A DNA stretch of 64,000 nt, from contig OZ242029.1 of the NCBI GenBank assembly GCA_965205015.1, positions 64,001-128,000 on the forward strand, written 5' to 3'. The notes under the pieces were generated by a model. It saw only the letters and a list, made by a program, of their open reading frames with translations, had not been told where the DNA came from and ran no database searches. Below are positions 17,659-27,469 of the stretch, in pieces. The first letter of the stretch is position 1. Each line of letters opens with the position of its first letter. The DNA is from Candidatus Poribacteria bacterium (lineage in GTDB: Bacteria; Poribacteria; WGA-4E; WGA-3G). The position numbers and the translations under genes were made by a program.

Positions 17659-18450
17659 TTACATCGCAACGATTTCACGCATCCGCTTCGCGAGGTCAAT
17701 TTGCGCGTCTCTATCACCGCCGACTTCGTGGATAACATAACCATCGTAGCCGATAGCACGGAACGCCGCCATAACCGCTTGCCAATCCGTATCACCATCT
17801 AAGAGGTTAACAAACTGGTGTGCACCGCGAGAGAAATCCTTGAAGTGCACCCGCTTGATACGATGTGCCAGTTCACGGATCCAATGCTCTGGATACCCAT
17901 AAGCCATCATATTCGCAGTATCGAGATAAGTGCCTACCCAATCGCTGCCTATTTCGTCTATAATATCGCGCATCTCCTTTGGGCTGAGTAGGAACTTGTT
18001 CCAGACGTTCTCAAGCCCGATTGCAACTTGATGCGCTTCCGCGGAAGGTGCAAGCTCTTTCAGCACACCCACGAGATTATCCCAAACCTGTTGGTAAGTC
18101 CCCTCAACAGTGAGCTGCCCGGGATGCAGTAAAATCCCACCCACACCGAGGGCACCAGCAACTTCTAAACCGCGAGCGAGAGAGACCGCGCCTTTTTCGC
18201 GTTGTGCTGCATCCAAACTGAGTAAATTCCCGCGGTCGGCGTAGCCTGCCGTGATACTACTGATTTCAATACCGGCGTCTTCACACTTCTCGGCAATGCC
18301 GCGTAACGCCGTATCGCTCATATTGATGTCGGTATCTTGTCCTTCACCGAAAGTGAGTTCAACGGCATCGTAACCGGCATCTTGACAGAGGGCGAGTGTA
18401 TCGTCGAGGGACATACCGCCAAGGATAATTTGGGTAACGCCTATCTTCAT
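17659..18450 (-). CDS. Sugar phosphate isomerase/epimerase (TIM barrel)
   Basis: GYDAVEL, LENVWNKFLLSP, YLDTAN and VHFKDF motifs; start at 18450 after AAAAGGAG. Confidence 0.88.
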   Translation of the reverse strand: MKIGVTQIILGGMSLDDTLALCQDAGYDAVELTFGEGQDTDINMSDTALRGIAEKCEDAGIEISSITAGYADRGNLLSLDAAQREKGAVSLARGLEVAGALGVGGILLHPGQLTVEGTYQQVWDNLVGVLKELAPSAEAHQVAIGLENVWNKFLLSPKEMRDIIDEIGSDWVGTYLDTANMMAYGYPEHWIRELAHRIKRVHFKDFSRGAHQFVNLLDGDTDWQAVMAAFRAIGYDGYVIHEVGGDRDAQIDLAKRMREIVAM

Positions 18451-18704
18451 TTCTTCTCCTTTTCGATGTGAAATTGCGTGGCTGTTAGGGATTGTATGCA
18501 GAGGTGCCGAGTTTCGAGACACTGTGGACACCGAATAGCGACGTAATAAGCGTCGTTGAACACGGTATCAATCAAATTGGCGTCCGTACGATTCGCCAAT
18601 GGATGCCCCAAAAACTGGTCAAGCACTTCGTACGCCCTGTCACAATCTGGACAGATTTGTAAGTCGTGACCGATGTCCGTCTGGTCGAGCCATCGCATCG
18701 TCAA
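18447..18704 (-). CDS. Small putative zinc-ribbon protein
   Basis: CPDC and CPQC pairs; AAAGG RBS; ATGA overlap with the next gene. Confidence 0.55.
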   Translation of the reverse strand: MTMRWLDQTDIGHDLQICPDCDRAYEVLDQFLGHPLANRTDANLIDTVFNDAYYVAIRCPQCLETRHLCIQSLTATQFHIEKEKK

Positions 18705-18712
18705 TACCTTTC

Positions 18713-20011
18713 TTAGGAAGAAACCAAAAATTGAGAGACCGATTTGAGATAACGGTTCGGCAAGCGTGCCTTGACGTGAACGGCTTCCGCTGTGTATTCA
18801 GTATCAAGCACGATGCCATACTTATGCAGTAAGTCGAGTGTCTTTCCTTCTGTATACGGAATACAGAGAGAGATATCCGTGCCGCGTTCGGCAAAACGCT
18901 GTGCCAAAGCATCTATTAACGCCGGAACACCGTCGCCACGTTGCGCTGAAATCGGCAGCGCATCAGGATATTGGCACTGTAAGATGTGCAATTCCTCATC
19001 ATCACTTTTGAGCCTATCGACTTTATTGAAAACCATGAACATCGGCATATCGGTAGCATCCAATTCTTCAAGAACTACGTTCACAGCGGCTATCTGTGCC
19101 TCTGCTTCCGGATGACTCACATCAACAACATGCAGCAAAAGATCCGCCTCTAAGACTTCTTCGAGTGTCGCCTTGAATGCAGCAACTAACTGGTGCGGCA
19201 ATTTCTTGATAAAGCCAACGGTGTCGCTCAACAGAATCTGCTGTTTTTGCGGCAAATCCAACTTCCGCGTGGTAGAATCCAAAGTTGCGAACAATTTATC
19301 TTCAGCCAAAACGGTTTCGCCTGTTAGGCGGTTAAATAGCGTTGACTTCCCCGCATTGGTATATCCCACGAGAGATACTTTGATTTTTTCGGACCGATTT
19401 CGCCGCTGAATATGACGCTGTTTTTCAACGGCATCAAGTGCCTTTCTCACATGTGCGATGTTCCTACGCACCCAGCGTCTATCCATTTCGAGCTGCGTTT
19501 CACCGGGACCCCGGAGGTGTCTACCCCCGCCACCGCCTGTCGCAAGTCGTGAGAGGTGTGTCCACATCCGAGTGAGGCGTGGCAGTGCGTATTCAAGTTG
19601 CGCCAATGCGACCTGTAAGCGCGCTTCTTTGGTGAGTGCACGTTGCGCAAAAACCTGAAGAATGAGTCCTGTCCGGTCAATTGTGGCGACCTCAAGTGCC
19701 CGCTCAAGATTCCGATTCTGCGCGGGTGATAGTTCCTCGTCAAAGATAATTGCGTCTGCGTTTAACTCTTCAATGAGAGGCTTGAGTTCTTCTTCAACCT
19801 TTCCTTCACCAATGAAATACGTTGGATTTGGCGCATTACGGGGTTGAATTGTCACAGCGACCACCTCAATGCCAGCCGTCTCTGCGAGTTGCTGGAGTTC
19901 TTGCAGCGATTCTTCGGTCTCGTGCATCAAGGTGTTCCGGAGTTTTATCCCTACCAATATCGCACGTGAGGGCGGATTCGGTGCACGCGTATCATAAAGT
20001 TCTTGCATCAA
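18713..20011 (-). CDS. hflX: GTPase HflX
   Basis: GPGETQLEMDRR, GYTNAGKSTL, LFATLD, DTVGF and NKVD motifs. Confidence 0.96.
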   Translation of the reverse strand: MMQELYDTRAPNPPSRAILVGIKLRNTLMHETEESLQELQQLAETAGIEVVAVTIQPRNAPNPTYFIGEGKVEEELKPLIEELNADAIIFDEELSPAQNRNLERALEVATIDRTGLILQVFAQRALTKEARLQVALAQLEYALPRLTRMWTHLSRLATGGGGGRHLRGPGETQLEMDRRWVRRNIAHVRKALDAVEKQRHIQRRNRSEKIKVSLVGYTNAGKSTLFNRLTGETVLAEDKLFATLDSTTRKLDLPQKQQILLSDTVGFIKKLPHQLVAAFKATLEEVLEADLLLHVVDVSHPEAEAQIAAVNVVLEELDATDMPMFMVFNKVDRLKSDDEELHILQCQYPDALPISAQRGDGVPALIDALAQRFAERGTDISLCIPYTEGKTLDLLHKYGIVLDTEYTAEAVHVKARLPNRYLKSVSQFLVSS

Positions 20012-20267
20012 GAAACTCCTTTCCTGAGTTCTGCGGGTGTACCGGGGTATAGTGCCACGGTTTACCCAATAACGTGGTACTTCTTATAGTATAGTTTATC
20101 AGATTTACGTGCCTTTTTCCACTAAAATCCTATTTTGCGAAAAAACTTCACATTTTTCACAAGGCCCCTTTTCTGTGTATGTCTTGGAGAGGGTTGTCGC
20201 TTGTCAAACAAATCAAACCTAAAGTTTTTCTTGCACACAAGTCAATTCTATGTTATACTTAAACACC

Positions 20268-20729
20268 ATGATGAAAAATGCCAAAAATTCCACTACGCCA
20301 GCGATTACTGTGAATCGAAAAGCGCGGTATGATTATCACCTGCGCGATCGCTATGAAGCCGGGGTCGTCCTCCAAGGTACCGAAGTGAAGGCAATTCGCG
20401 CAGGACGGCTCAACTTGGCAGATAGTTACGCACAGATAACAGATGGAGAAGTGTTCTTACTCGATGCCCATATCGGTCCTTACGAACACGGAAATATGGC
20501 AAATCACGAGCCGAAGCGGAAACGGAAACTCTTATTGCATCGGCGAGAAATCACTAAACTTGAACGCTCGATCCGTTCCAAAGGCATGACTATCGTTCCG
20601 ACGCGGGCGTATTTCAGCAAGGGTAAGATAAAACTGGAATTAGCCGTCGCTATGGGTAAGCGACTCTACGATAAACGCGACAAACTTGCGCGTGAAGCGA
20701 CCGCGAGTGAGATCCGGGCATACAATTGA
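20268..20729 (+). CDS. smpB: SsrA-binding protein SmpB
   Basis: NRKARYDY, EAGVVLQGTEVK, RKLLLHRREI and GKRLYDKR; start placed at ATG 20268, downstream of a TTGCAC-17-TATACT promoter. Confidence 0.96.
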   Translation: MMKNAKNSTTPAITVNRKARYDYHLRDRYEAGVVLQGTEVKAIRAGRLNLADSYAQITDGEVFLLDAHIGPYEHGNMANHEPKRKRKLLLHRREITKLERSIRSKGMTIVPTRAYFSKGKIKLELAVAMGKRLYDKRDKLAREATASEIRAYN

Positions 20730-20773
20730 CGTGGCTATCGGCTCTCTTGTCTCCGACTGCCAACAGTTATTCT

Positions 20774-21124
20774 GGGGGTGCACAGGTTTCGACGAAGGTA
20801 AATGAGATATAGGTTGCATGCCGAGGTCTCCGCAGGCCTCGTTAAACAGGCGGAACATTTATAAATGCTGATGAAGAATTAGCATTAGCTGCTTAATGCA
20901 GCTACGCTTGGCCGACCTGCCGCCCGTCAGGGAAGCTAAAGCGCCGCAATACGGGCTAGCTGCTCGCTCATTCTCAAGGGGCGTGCCGTGAAACACTTTT
21001 TGAGATAGCCTCTTATGGATCCTGCACAGGGGAGTCTGAGAGGCGAATCTTAAATCCTGTGATAAGCATGTAGTAGCCTCTATTGAAATGCCTTCGGACG
21101 CGGGTTCGATTCCCGCCACCTCCA
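20774..21124 (+). ncRNA. ssrA: tmRNA; tag peptide (A)ADEELALAA at 20867-20896
   Basis: 5' GGGGGTG...TTCGAC and 3' GACGCGGGTTCGATTCCCGCCACCTCCA with G3-U pair; tag ORF ending LAA; adjacent to smpB. Confidence 0.95.
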
Positions 21125-21176
21125 TTTCTACCGCGTCATTCCGTGTTTACCAACAACACACCGCCTGCAAAACGAC

Positions 21177-21602
21177 ATGGCTGAACTCGCGAACATGCCA
21201 CTTCGCATTCAAAAGATCGTGCAAGCACATATAGGTGAGGATGAACATATATATTTGTGCGTCCTGGGTCGTTCCAGCTTGCTGCGTCCAGATTATGTCT
21301 TCATCACATCGCGTCGGGTCTTGGTTTTAGATGAACGATATATAGGGAGCCTCGCTGTCTCTTACGCGAATGTCCGGTGTAATCTGCTGTTTACAGAAAT
21401 CAGCAGTGTTCAGTTAGTTCGACATCTTAAACATCGGTTTCTCCGCCAAGCAAAACTCGAAATTAGTGTCGTACGTAATGTTCACTGGATCGATAATATC
21501 AACTTCCGTGCCGCACAATGTGCTTACGCGTGCATCACTGAGCAGCTCTCGGAGGTACGCCATCACCACGATCGTAACGGCGGAACCTCCGAAGCCAGAT
21601 AA
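21177..21602 (+). CDS. Bacterial PH-domain-like protein
   Basis: VFITSRRVLVLD and EISSVQL pattern typical of bacterial PH folds. Confidence 0.55.
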   Translation: MAELANMPLRIQKIVQAHIGEDEHIYLCVLGRSSLLRPDYVFITSRRVLVLDERYIGSLAVSYANVRCNLLFTEISSVQLVRHLKHRFLRQAKLEISVVRNVHWIDNINFRAAQCAYACITEQLSEVRHHHDRNGGTSEAR

Positions 21603-21612
21603 AAAGGATGCC

Positions 21613-22314
21613 ATGATAGAATTCCTGAATTATCTCATCGTTTCTTATAATGTCTGGTTTACAGCCCCGTTAGCGATTGTGTTCCTATTGGCACTCTTCC
21701 GACTTGCCACAGGCGCAATGGACTTCGGCGATGTGGATACAGACGTTGATATGGATGCAGACATCGACATGGATGCCGATATGGATATAGACGCGGACGC
21801 AGATGTCGATGCTGATATGGACGCACATACAGGTACCCAAGGGACCTCCTTCGGAGATGTATTTGGGTTCTTGAACGTTGGCAGGGTCCCGTTGATGATT
21901 GTGCTGATGTCGTTGTTTGTGACATGGGGAATTTCTGGGCTTATTGTGAACGCGCTTCTTAACATCCCGGAGAACCCACACTGGGTTTGGATATCGTGTA
22001 TCATTGCGTTTTTCTGTTGTTTCTTAGGAACTCGGTATATCTCTATCGGACTTTCAAAACTATTTCCAGAGAGCGAAAAAGCCATCAGTGATGTCCAACT
22101 GCTCGGTCTAAGTGGGCGAGTGGTTAGTGGGCAAATTACAACCACCTTCGGAACCGCCCGCGTCCGAGTGCCAGACGGACCGGAATTAACCGTCAGTTGT
22201 CGTGCCAAACCAGATGAAACCACTCCTGTCAAGGGGGATACCGTTATCCTGATAAATTATGATCGGACCAAACGAATCTTTGACGTAAGAAAAAGCCAAA
22301 TGGATCCGCGATAA
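21613..22314 (+). CDS. YqiJ/NfeD-like membrane protein with C-terminal OB fold
   Basis: TM, acidic D-x repeat, LNVGRVPLMI, further TMs and an OB-fold tail; directly upstream of flotillin. Confidence 0.8.
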   Translation: MIEFLNYLIVSYNVWFTAPLAIVFLLALFRLATGAMDFGDVDTDVDMDADIDMDADMDIDADADVDADMDAHTGTQGTSFGDVFGFLNVGRVPLMIVLMSLFVTWGISGLIVNALLNIPENPHWVWISCIIAFFCCFLGTRYISIGLSKLFPESEKAISDVQLLGLSGRVVSGQITTTFGTARVRVPDGPELTVSCRAKPDETTPVKGDTVILINYDRTKRIFDVRKSQMDPR

Positions 22315-22347
22315 TGTATGGTTGTCAGTAAAAAGGAGAATTGAAAC

Positions 22348-24189
22348 ATGTTGGATGCCAACTTATTCGTTACGATTGTCGGCAGCGTGATTGCCTTACT
22401 CGTCATCTTCCTGCTAATCTATCGCTCTTTCTACAAAAAAGCACCAGCAGATTCAGCATTAGTTATCTCTGGAGGACGTAAAAAGCGGGCTGTTTTTGGG
22501 GGGAGCCTTATCAATCCACTTACGAACACGAGCCAACTTATTTCCTTGAATACGCTCCAACTTCCAGTTGAACGCACCGGACAAGCCGCGCTTATCACAA
22601 AAGACAGTTTACGGGTTGATTTGGAAGCAGAGTTCTATGTCAAAATTGAACCCAACGAACAGGATGTCCTCAAAGCGGTTGCGAGTCTTGGCGACAAAAC
22701 GTTAACGCCCGCCGAAGTTAATAAACTTCTGGAAGGCAAACTCGTCGGTGTTCTTCGAAGCGTCGCCGCAACAATGGAGCTGCAGGAATTGCACGAAAAA
22801 CGTCAACAGTTTTCTGACCAAGTTCAGGAGGCATGCCGAGACGACCTCGAACAGAACGGATTTAAGTTAGAAAGCGTCGCCGTCACCAATCTCGACCAGA
22901 CGCCACTTGAAGCACTGGACGAGAACAACCGTTTTGATGTCGTCGCAATTCAAACTATTAAGCAAGAGGTCGAAGATAGGCAAACTGAAACCGCGCGGAT
23001 CGAACACGAAAACCAAGTAAAGCGCGAAGAGAATCGACTCAAAGCCGAACTCGAAATCAAACAACGCGAAGAGGAAACGGAGAGCCAAGGCTTAGAAGTC
23101 GCCAAGCGACTTGAATTTGCACAGGAAGCGCAGCGCAAAGCAATCGCTACGAACAAAGCGGAACAGGAACGCGAGATTGAAGCACATAAACTTGAACAGC
23201 AACAAGCGGTTGAGGAAGCGCGAATCAAGCAGGAAGAAGTGGTGAAATCCACGGAAATCTCGCAGAAGCAGCGGCTCGATACGGCGCGGATCGAACAGGA
23301 ACGCCAAGTCCAAGAAACGGAGATCTCGCAGAAGCAAGCCGTCGAAATCGCACGCGTCCAGCAGGAACAGCAGATCGAAGAAGCACAGATCCAACGAGAA
23401 CTCACCGTCGAAAAAGCCAAGATTGAGCAGCAGCGCACTGTTGAAGAGACCGGTATCTCCAGCAGAATCGTTCTTATTGAGAAAGAACGCGAGGAAAAAG
23501 AGGCACAAGCCGAAAACGCAATCCAGATCTCTATCAAGGAGAAAGAACGCGAGGCAGCTCTGATAGAACTTTTAGACGTTAGCGCCCAAAAGGCGAAAGC
23601 TGAAGCGAGTGTCTTAACGGCTGAAGCCGTTGAGGAAGCGGAACGGCAAAGTAAAATCGCGCTTATCCGCGCCGAACAGGAAGCGGACGAGGAACGAATC
23701 GCCAAAGAACGCGCTGCTGACGCCGAAGCTTATGCCGTTGTAGAATCCGCTAAGGCGGAACTCGAAGCCGCAGAGGTTCAAGCACAAGCGCAAAGAATTC
23801 TCGCAGAAGCATTCCTTGTTGAAGCGAAGGCAAAAGCCGATGGTGAAGAGGCCTCAATTGCTGCAAAAAATCAAGCGGATTCCAAAGTTCTCGTTAGCGA
23901 TGCTATATTAGCACTCGTGGAATCTTTGCCTGAAGTAACCAATGAACTAATGAAACCCGCCGAGCGTATTGAAAGCATCCGTGTGCTTGACCTCGGGGGC
24001 GGTGGTAATGGCAATGGCAGCAACGGTATGAACCGGATCCTCAGCTCGATTGTGAACGCTGGGGCAGCAGTGCCCCTGCTGAAGGAAATTGTCGGATTCA
24101 GCGGTTTAGATACTGAAAGAATTGCACAGACAATTCACGATTATACTTCCAACATGGCAGTCAATGCCCAATCGGATTCAGAAGAATAG
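22348..24189 (+). CDS. Flotillin/SPFH family protein (YqiK-like)
   Basis: ALITKDSLRVD, LRSVAATM, LEQNGFKLESVAVTNLDQT and a long coiled coil. Confidence 0.92.
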   Translation: MLDANLFVTIVGSVIALLVIFLLIYRSFYKKAPADSALVISGGRKKRAVFGGSLINPLTNTSQLISLNTLQLPVERTGQAALITKDSLRVDLEAEFYVKIEPNEQDVLKAVASLGDKTLTPAEVNKLLEGKLVGVLRSVAATMELQELHEKRQQFSDQVQEACRDDLEQNGFKLESVAVTNLDQTPLEALDENNRFDVVAIQTIKQEVEDRQTETARIEHENQVKREENRLKAELEIKQREEETESQGLEVAKRLEFAQEAQRKAIATNKAEQEREIEAHKLEQQQAVEEARIKQEEVVKSTEISQKQRLDTARIEQERQVQETEISQKQAVEIARVQQEQQIEEAQIQRELTVEKAKIEQQRTVEETGISSRIVLIEKEREEKEAQAENAIQISIKEKEREAALIELLDVSAQKAKAEASVLTAEAVEEAERQSKIALIRAEQEADEERIAKERAADAEAYAVVESAKAELEAAEVQAQAQRILAEAFLVEAKAKADGEEASIAAKNQADSKVLVSDAILALVESLPEVTNELMKPAERIESIRVLDLGGGGNGNGSNGMNRILSSIVNAGAAVPLLKEIVGFSGLDTERIAQTIHDYTSNMAVNAQSDSEE

Positions 24190-24195
24190 CATATT

Positions 24196-24310
24196 GGTTA
24201 TCAGTTGTCAGTCATCAGTTACCAGTTAAGAGGTTTCGTTTAACGAAGGGACCCCCCAAGCAAAACACCCTCTTTAACTGAAAACCGAGAACCGAGAACC
24301 GACAGCCAAT
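24196..24310. repeat. Dispersed palindromic repeat with heptamer arms (CAGTTAAGAGG...CCTCTTAACTG family)
   Basis: Related copies at about 24858-24990, 31741-31808, 37321-37460, 38503-38617, 50013-50056 and 52086-52122. Confidence 0.8.
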
Positions 24311-24344
24311 AAGTTGATAGCCAATATTACGAAAGGATGAACAG

Positions 24345-24854
24345 ATGGAAAAAGAAAAACAAGCAAGAGTCGAGGTTAAAGTTAACTTCCTCTCAATTGA
24401 CCGGAGTACCGGCGCACCAATAGTTGCCCTGAAGGAAAAAGAGGGGGATTCAAATCGAATACTGCTGATTTGGATCGGTGAATCGGAGGCAGCGGCTATC
24501 CAGCGGTATACCGATAAAATTCAACTCCCGCGACCGATGACACATGACTTACTCAAGATAATGATTGAAACGCTTGGAGCCAAAGTTACAGCCGTGTGTG
24601 TACACGCTTTCGAAGAACGGACTTTCTATGCACATTTGACCTTGAAAGTCGACGGGAACAATATTGATGTGGATTGTCGACCGAGCGATGCAATCGCGCT
24701 TGCACTCCGCTGTGAAGCCCCGATGTACGTTGTTGAAGAGGTACTCGTAGAACAGGGATTCTCTGAACAGGAGCTCACCAAGGGACAAAAACCCGATACG
24801 AAAGATGTCTTGGAGAATTTAGACGACGATACACTAAAACAGTATACAGTCTAA
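24345..24854 (+). CDS. Bifunctional nuclease family protein (DUF151)
   Basis: IWIGESEAAAI, PRPMTHDL and DCRPSDAIALALR. Confidence 0.92.
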   Translation: MEKEKQARVEVKVNFLSIDRSTGAPIVALKEKEGDSNRILLIWIGESEAAAIQRYTDKIQLPRPMTHDLLKIMIETLGAKVTAVCVHAFEERTFYAHLTLKVDGNNIDVDCRPSDAIALALRCEAPMYVVEEVLVEQGFSEQELTKGQKPDTKDVLENLDDDTLKQYTV

Positions 24855-25004
24855 ATAGCTGTCAGGCGTCGGTCCGGATTTTCTACGAACATCCTTTCGG
24901 TTTTCAGTTAAGAGGTTTTTGGTAACAATTGACCGTGCCTTGGAATATTCCAAGTGAGGGAGTTTGGCACAGGAACCCTTTTTAACCGATAAAGGAGAAA
25001 AACA

Positions 25005-26699
25005 GTGTATGACCTTGTCATCCGCAATGGAACAGTCATTGATGGAACCGGTCAGCCCGGTTTCAAAGCCGACATCGCTATTAACGGTGAACGGATCACA
25101 GACGTTGGCGATGTTCCCGATGCGGCGTACCAGACGATTGATGCAACGGACAGACTCGTCACACCGGGCTTCATAGATACACATACACACATGGATGCCC
25201 AGTTCATGTGGGACCCACTCGGCACACCGACATGCTGGCACGGTATCACCACGTTGATCCTTGGGAGTTGCGGTGTGAGCTTCGCACCCGTCAAGCAAGC
25301 AGACCACATGGTTTTAGCGAAGGTCCTTGAAAGCGTTGAAGGCATTCCTGCGGAAAGCATCATGTCAAGCCTCCGTTGGAATTGGGAAACCTTCGGGGAG
25401 TACTACGACGCCTTGGACGCGTGCCCAAAGGGTGTGAATGTCTGCGGTATGATCGGGCATGCGGCAACACGCTACCACGCGATCGGGGAAGAAAGCCTAA
25501 AAAGGGACAGAAATCCAACGCCCGATGAAATGAAGACCATGCAAGCCTCCGTCGATGAAGCAATGGAGGCTGGAGCATTGGGATTCTCTACCTCTCGAAC
25601 ACTCACCCACAAGACCTCCGAAGGCATTCCGATTCCCGGCACATTCGCACATCTCGATGAACTGGTCGCGATCGCACAAGCCGTTGCAAGACACAATAAA
25701 GGGATTTTCCAATGGGCACCCGGTTTCGGGGAATATGAGGACTACCCGACAACGGAGTATCCAGAAACGCGAAAAGAGATCCACCGTATTGCTGAGGTGA
25801 ACCGGCAGAGTGGATGCCCCGTGATCTTCAGTGCCTTCACCCATGAAGCCGTACCCACGATCCAGACCCTATATTTGGGATGGCTTGATGAAGAACGCGC
25901 CGCTGGCGCACAGGCGCGTCCGATGGTCTCTTCCCGCGTTAACACGGTGATGGTTGGACTTTGCAATTGGATGCCGATTCGCGACGCGAGTGCGTGGCGT
26001 GAATTATACAGCCTTCCGTATCCTGAACGGTTGACAGCCATTCAAGACGAAAAGATACGTACAGGACTGTTAGATATTTCCGCCGAAAGTGATGAACGTC
26101 TCGGTAAAATGTTATACCGTTTCGGACCGGCAGCGTGCGAATACGTTCGTAAACCGGAGAATTTGTTACGCAATATCGCCGATGAAAACAGTGAACGCCC
26201 GATAGAGACAATCGTTCGGTTATTCCACGAAACGGGTGGGCGACAGTTATTCGCCTTCGCAACGAATAACCATAATCTCGCGCATGTTGAGGAAGTCGTG
26301 CGCTACCGAGACACGCTCCTCGGTCTCGGTGATGCAGGCGCACACGTAAACGCAATCTGTGATGCCTCCCTCTCAACGCATGCCCTCACATTTTGGCACG
26401 GGGAACGACACGTGTTCAGTTTGGAAGAGACGGTTCGCCGCTTGACTTCTGATGGCGCAGAAGCCTTCGGAATCCCGGAGCGCGGGTTATTAAAGCCAGG
26501 GTATTACGCCGATGTCAATGTGATTGACGCAGAAAATCTCCGGATGGACATCCCCGAATTTGTGTATGACCTACCTGTCGGTGCGGGACGTTGGACACAG
26601 CGCGCACAGGGGTATGACTACACCCTTGTGAACGGTAAAGTTGTCGTTGAGAAGGACAACCATACAGGTCGTCTCGTTGGGAAACTCATTAGAATCTAA
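25005..26699 (+). CDS. N-acyl-D-amino-acid deacylase family amidohydrolase
   Basis: DLVIRNGTVIDGTG, PGFIDTHTHMD, DAGAHV and RGLLKPGYYADVNV. Confidence 0.9.
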   Translation: MYDLVIRNGTVIDGTGQPGFKADIAINGERITDVGDVPDAAYQTIDATDRLVTPGFIDTHTHMDAQFMWDPLGTPTCWHGITTLILGSCGVSFAPVKQADHMVLAKVLESVEGIPAESIMSSLRWNWETFGEYYDALDACPKGVNVCGMIGHAATRYHAIGEESLKRDRNPTPDEMKTMQASVDEAMEAGALGFSTSRTLTHKTSEGIPIPGTFAHLDELVAIAQAVARHNKGIFQWAPGFGEYEDYPTTEYPETRKEIHRIAEVNRQSGCPVIFSAFTHEAVPTIQTLYLGWLDEERAAGAQARPMVSSRVNTVMVGLCNWMPIRDASAWRELYSLPYPERLTAIQDEKIRTGLLDISAESDERLGKMLYRFGPAACEYVRKPENLLRNIADENSERPIETIVRLFHETGGRQLFAFATNNHNLAHVEEVVRYRDTLLGLGDAGAHVNAICDASLSTHALTFWHGERHVFSLEETVRRLTSDGAEAFGIPERGLLKPGYYADVNVIDAENLRMDIPEFVYDLPVGAGRWTQRAQGYDYTLVNGKVVVEKDNHTGRLVGKLIRI

Positions 26700-26761
26700 G
26701 ACGCACAGATACATCAAAGGGTATTGGAGCCAAATACATCTTTTGGAAGGGATTACGCATT

Positions 26762-26950
26762 ATGAAAGAACACGCACAAACCCCTGAAAGCGACGAGTTC
26801 CGCGACTACATCCGGCACCGGCAATTAGAAATGATTTCCGAGGATTTATGGGATGAATATCTCTGGGGCGAACTCGGGGCTGCAGTCCGAGATTTCGAGA
26901 ACGAACCCTGGGGAAAGCCTTCAAAGGAAACCAATCCAGACGCATCCTAA
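26762..26950 (+). CDS. small hypothetical protein
   Basis: 62 aa ORF in an intergenic gap with AAGGG upstream. Confidence 0.4.
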   Translation: MKEHAQTPESDEFRDYIRHRQLEMISEDLWDEYLWGELGAAVRDFENEPWGKPSKETNPDAS

Positions 26951-26962
26951 CTCCTGCGGTCT

Positions 26963-27010
26963 CTGAAACGAAGGTTAAGGCGAGCCAAGGAGATGCAGAA
27001 AGCATTATGA
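26963..27010 (+). pseudogene. Probable C-terminal remnant of a RelE/HigB(Gp49)-type toxin
   Basis: Frame reads LKRRLRRAKEMQKAL* with an ATGA overlap on the HTH gene, as in intact toxin-HigA pairs. Confidence 0.4.
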
Positions 27011-27369
27011 GCAATAGAATTAAGATCGAAGAAGGCAGTGAAAATATTTTCAAAGATTTGGGTTTTTCTGATGAGGTTGCAGAGAAAGAACTCCTAAAAG
27101 CACAGTTGGGAACGGAAATTTTTCGGATTCTCAAGGAACGCAAGCTGACTCAGGAAGAAGCTGCGAAGTTACTTGGCGTTAAACACCTTGACATTCTTCG
27201 CCTGAAAGCCGCCAAACTTTCTGACTACAGCATTGACCAATTGATGACCTTTCTGAATCGGTTGAATCACGATATTGAGATACACATTATTCCTTCACAA
27301 GAGAGAGAAGGACACCAGCGGGTCGTTGCTGTTGAGTTATCAAGATTTTCCATCTCGGCAGAAAAATAG
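27007..27369 (+). CDS. XRE-family HTH protein (HigA-like antitoxin)
   Basis: GSENIFKDLGF, LTQEEAAKLLG and SIDQLMTFLNRL. Confidence 0.85.
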   Translation: MSNRIKIEEGSENIFKDLGFSDEVAEKELLKAQLGTEIFRILKERKLTQEEAAKLLGVKHLDILRLKAAKLSDYSIDQLMTFLNRLNHDIEIHIIPSQEREGHQRVVAVELSRFSISAEK

Positions 27370-27469
27370 AACGCTTTCACGTTTCACATTTGACCGCTCC
27401 TCGCCCCTGAAAGCATCATTTTTCAAGGACAGATTTAGAACTTTTCCTGCCAGTGCTGTTGAGAAAACC

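Noticed and set aside
17531-21124. Prophage or island integrated at tRNA-Leu or ssrA
   Set aside because: No integrase, and no duplicated 3' end noticed in the window.
20859-21125. 88-aa minus-strand ORF
   Set aside because: Antisense shadow of tmRNA.
21720-21825. Asp-rich hexamer-like repeat as a contingency locus
   Set aside because: Degenerate at the DNA level and typical of YqiJ/NfeD-like proteins.
22950-23705. 251-aa antisense ORF
   Set aside because: Ser-rich shadow of the E/Q/A-rich flotillin coiled coil.
24196-24310. CRISPR array
   Set aside because: Repeats are 7-mers or dispersed palindromes, with no regular repeat-spacer periodicity and no cas genes.
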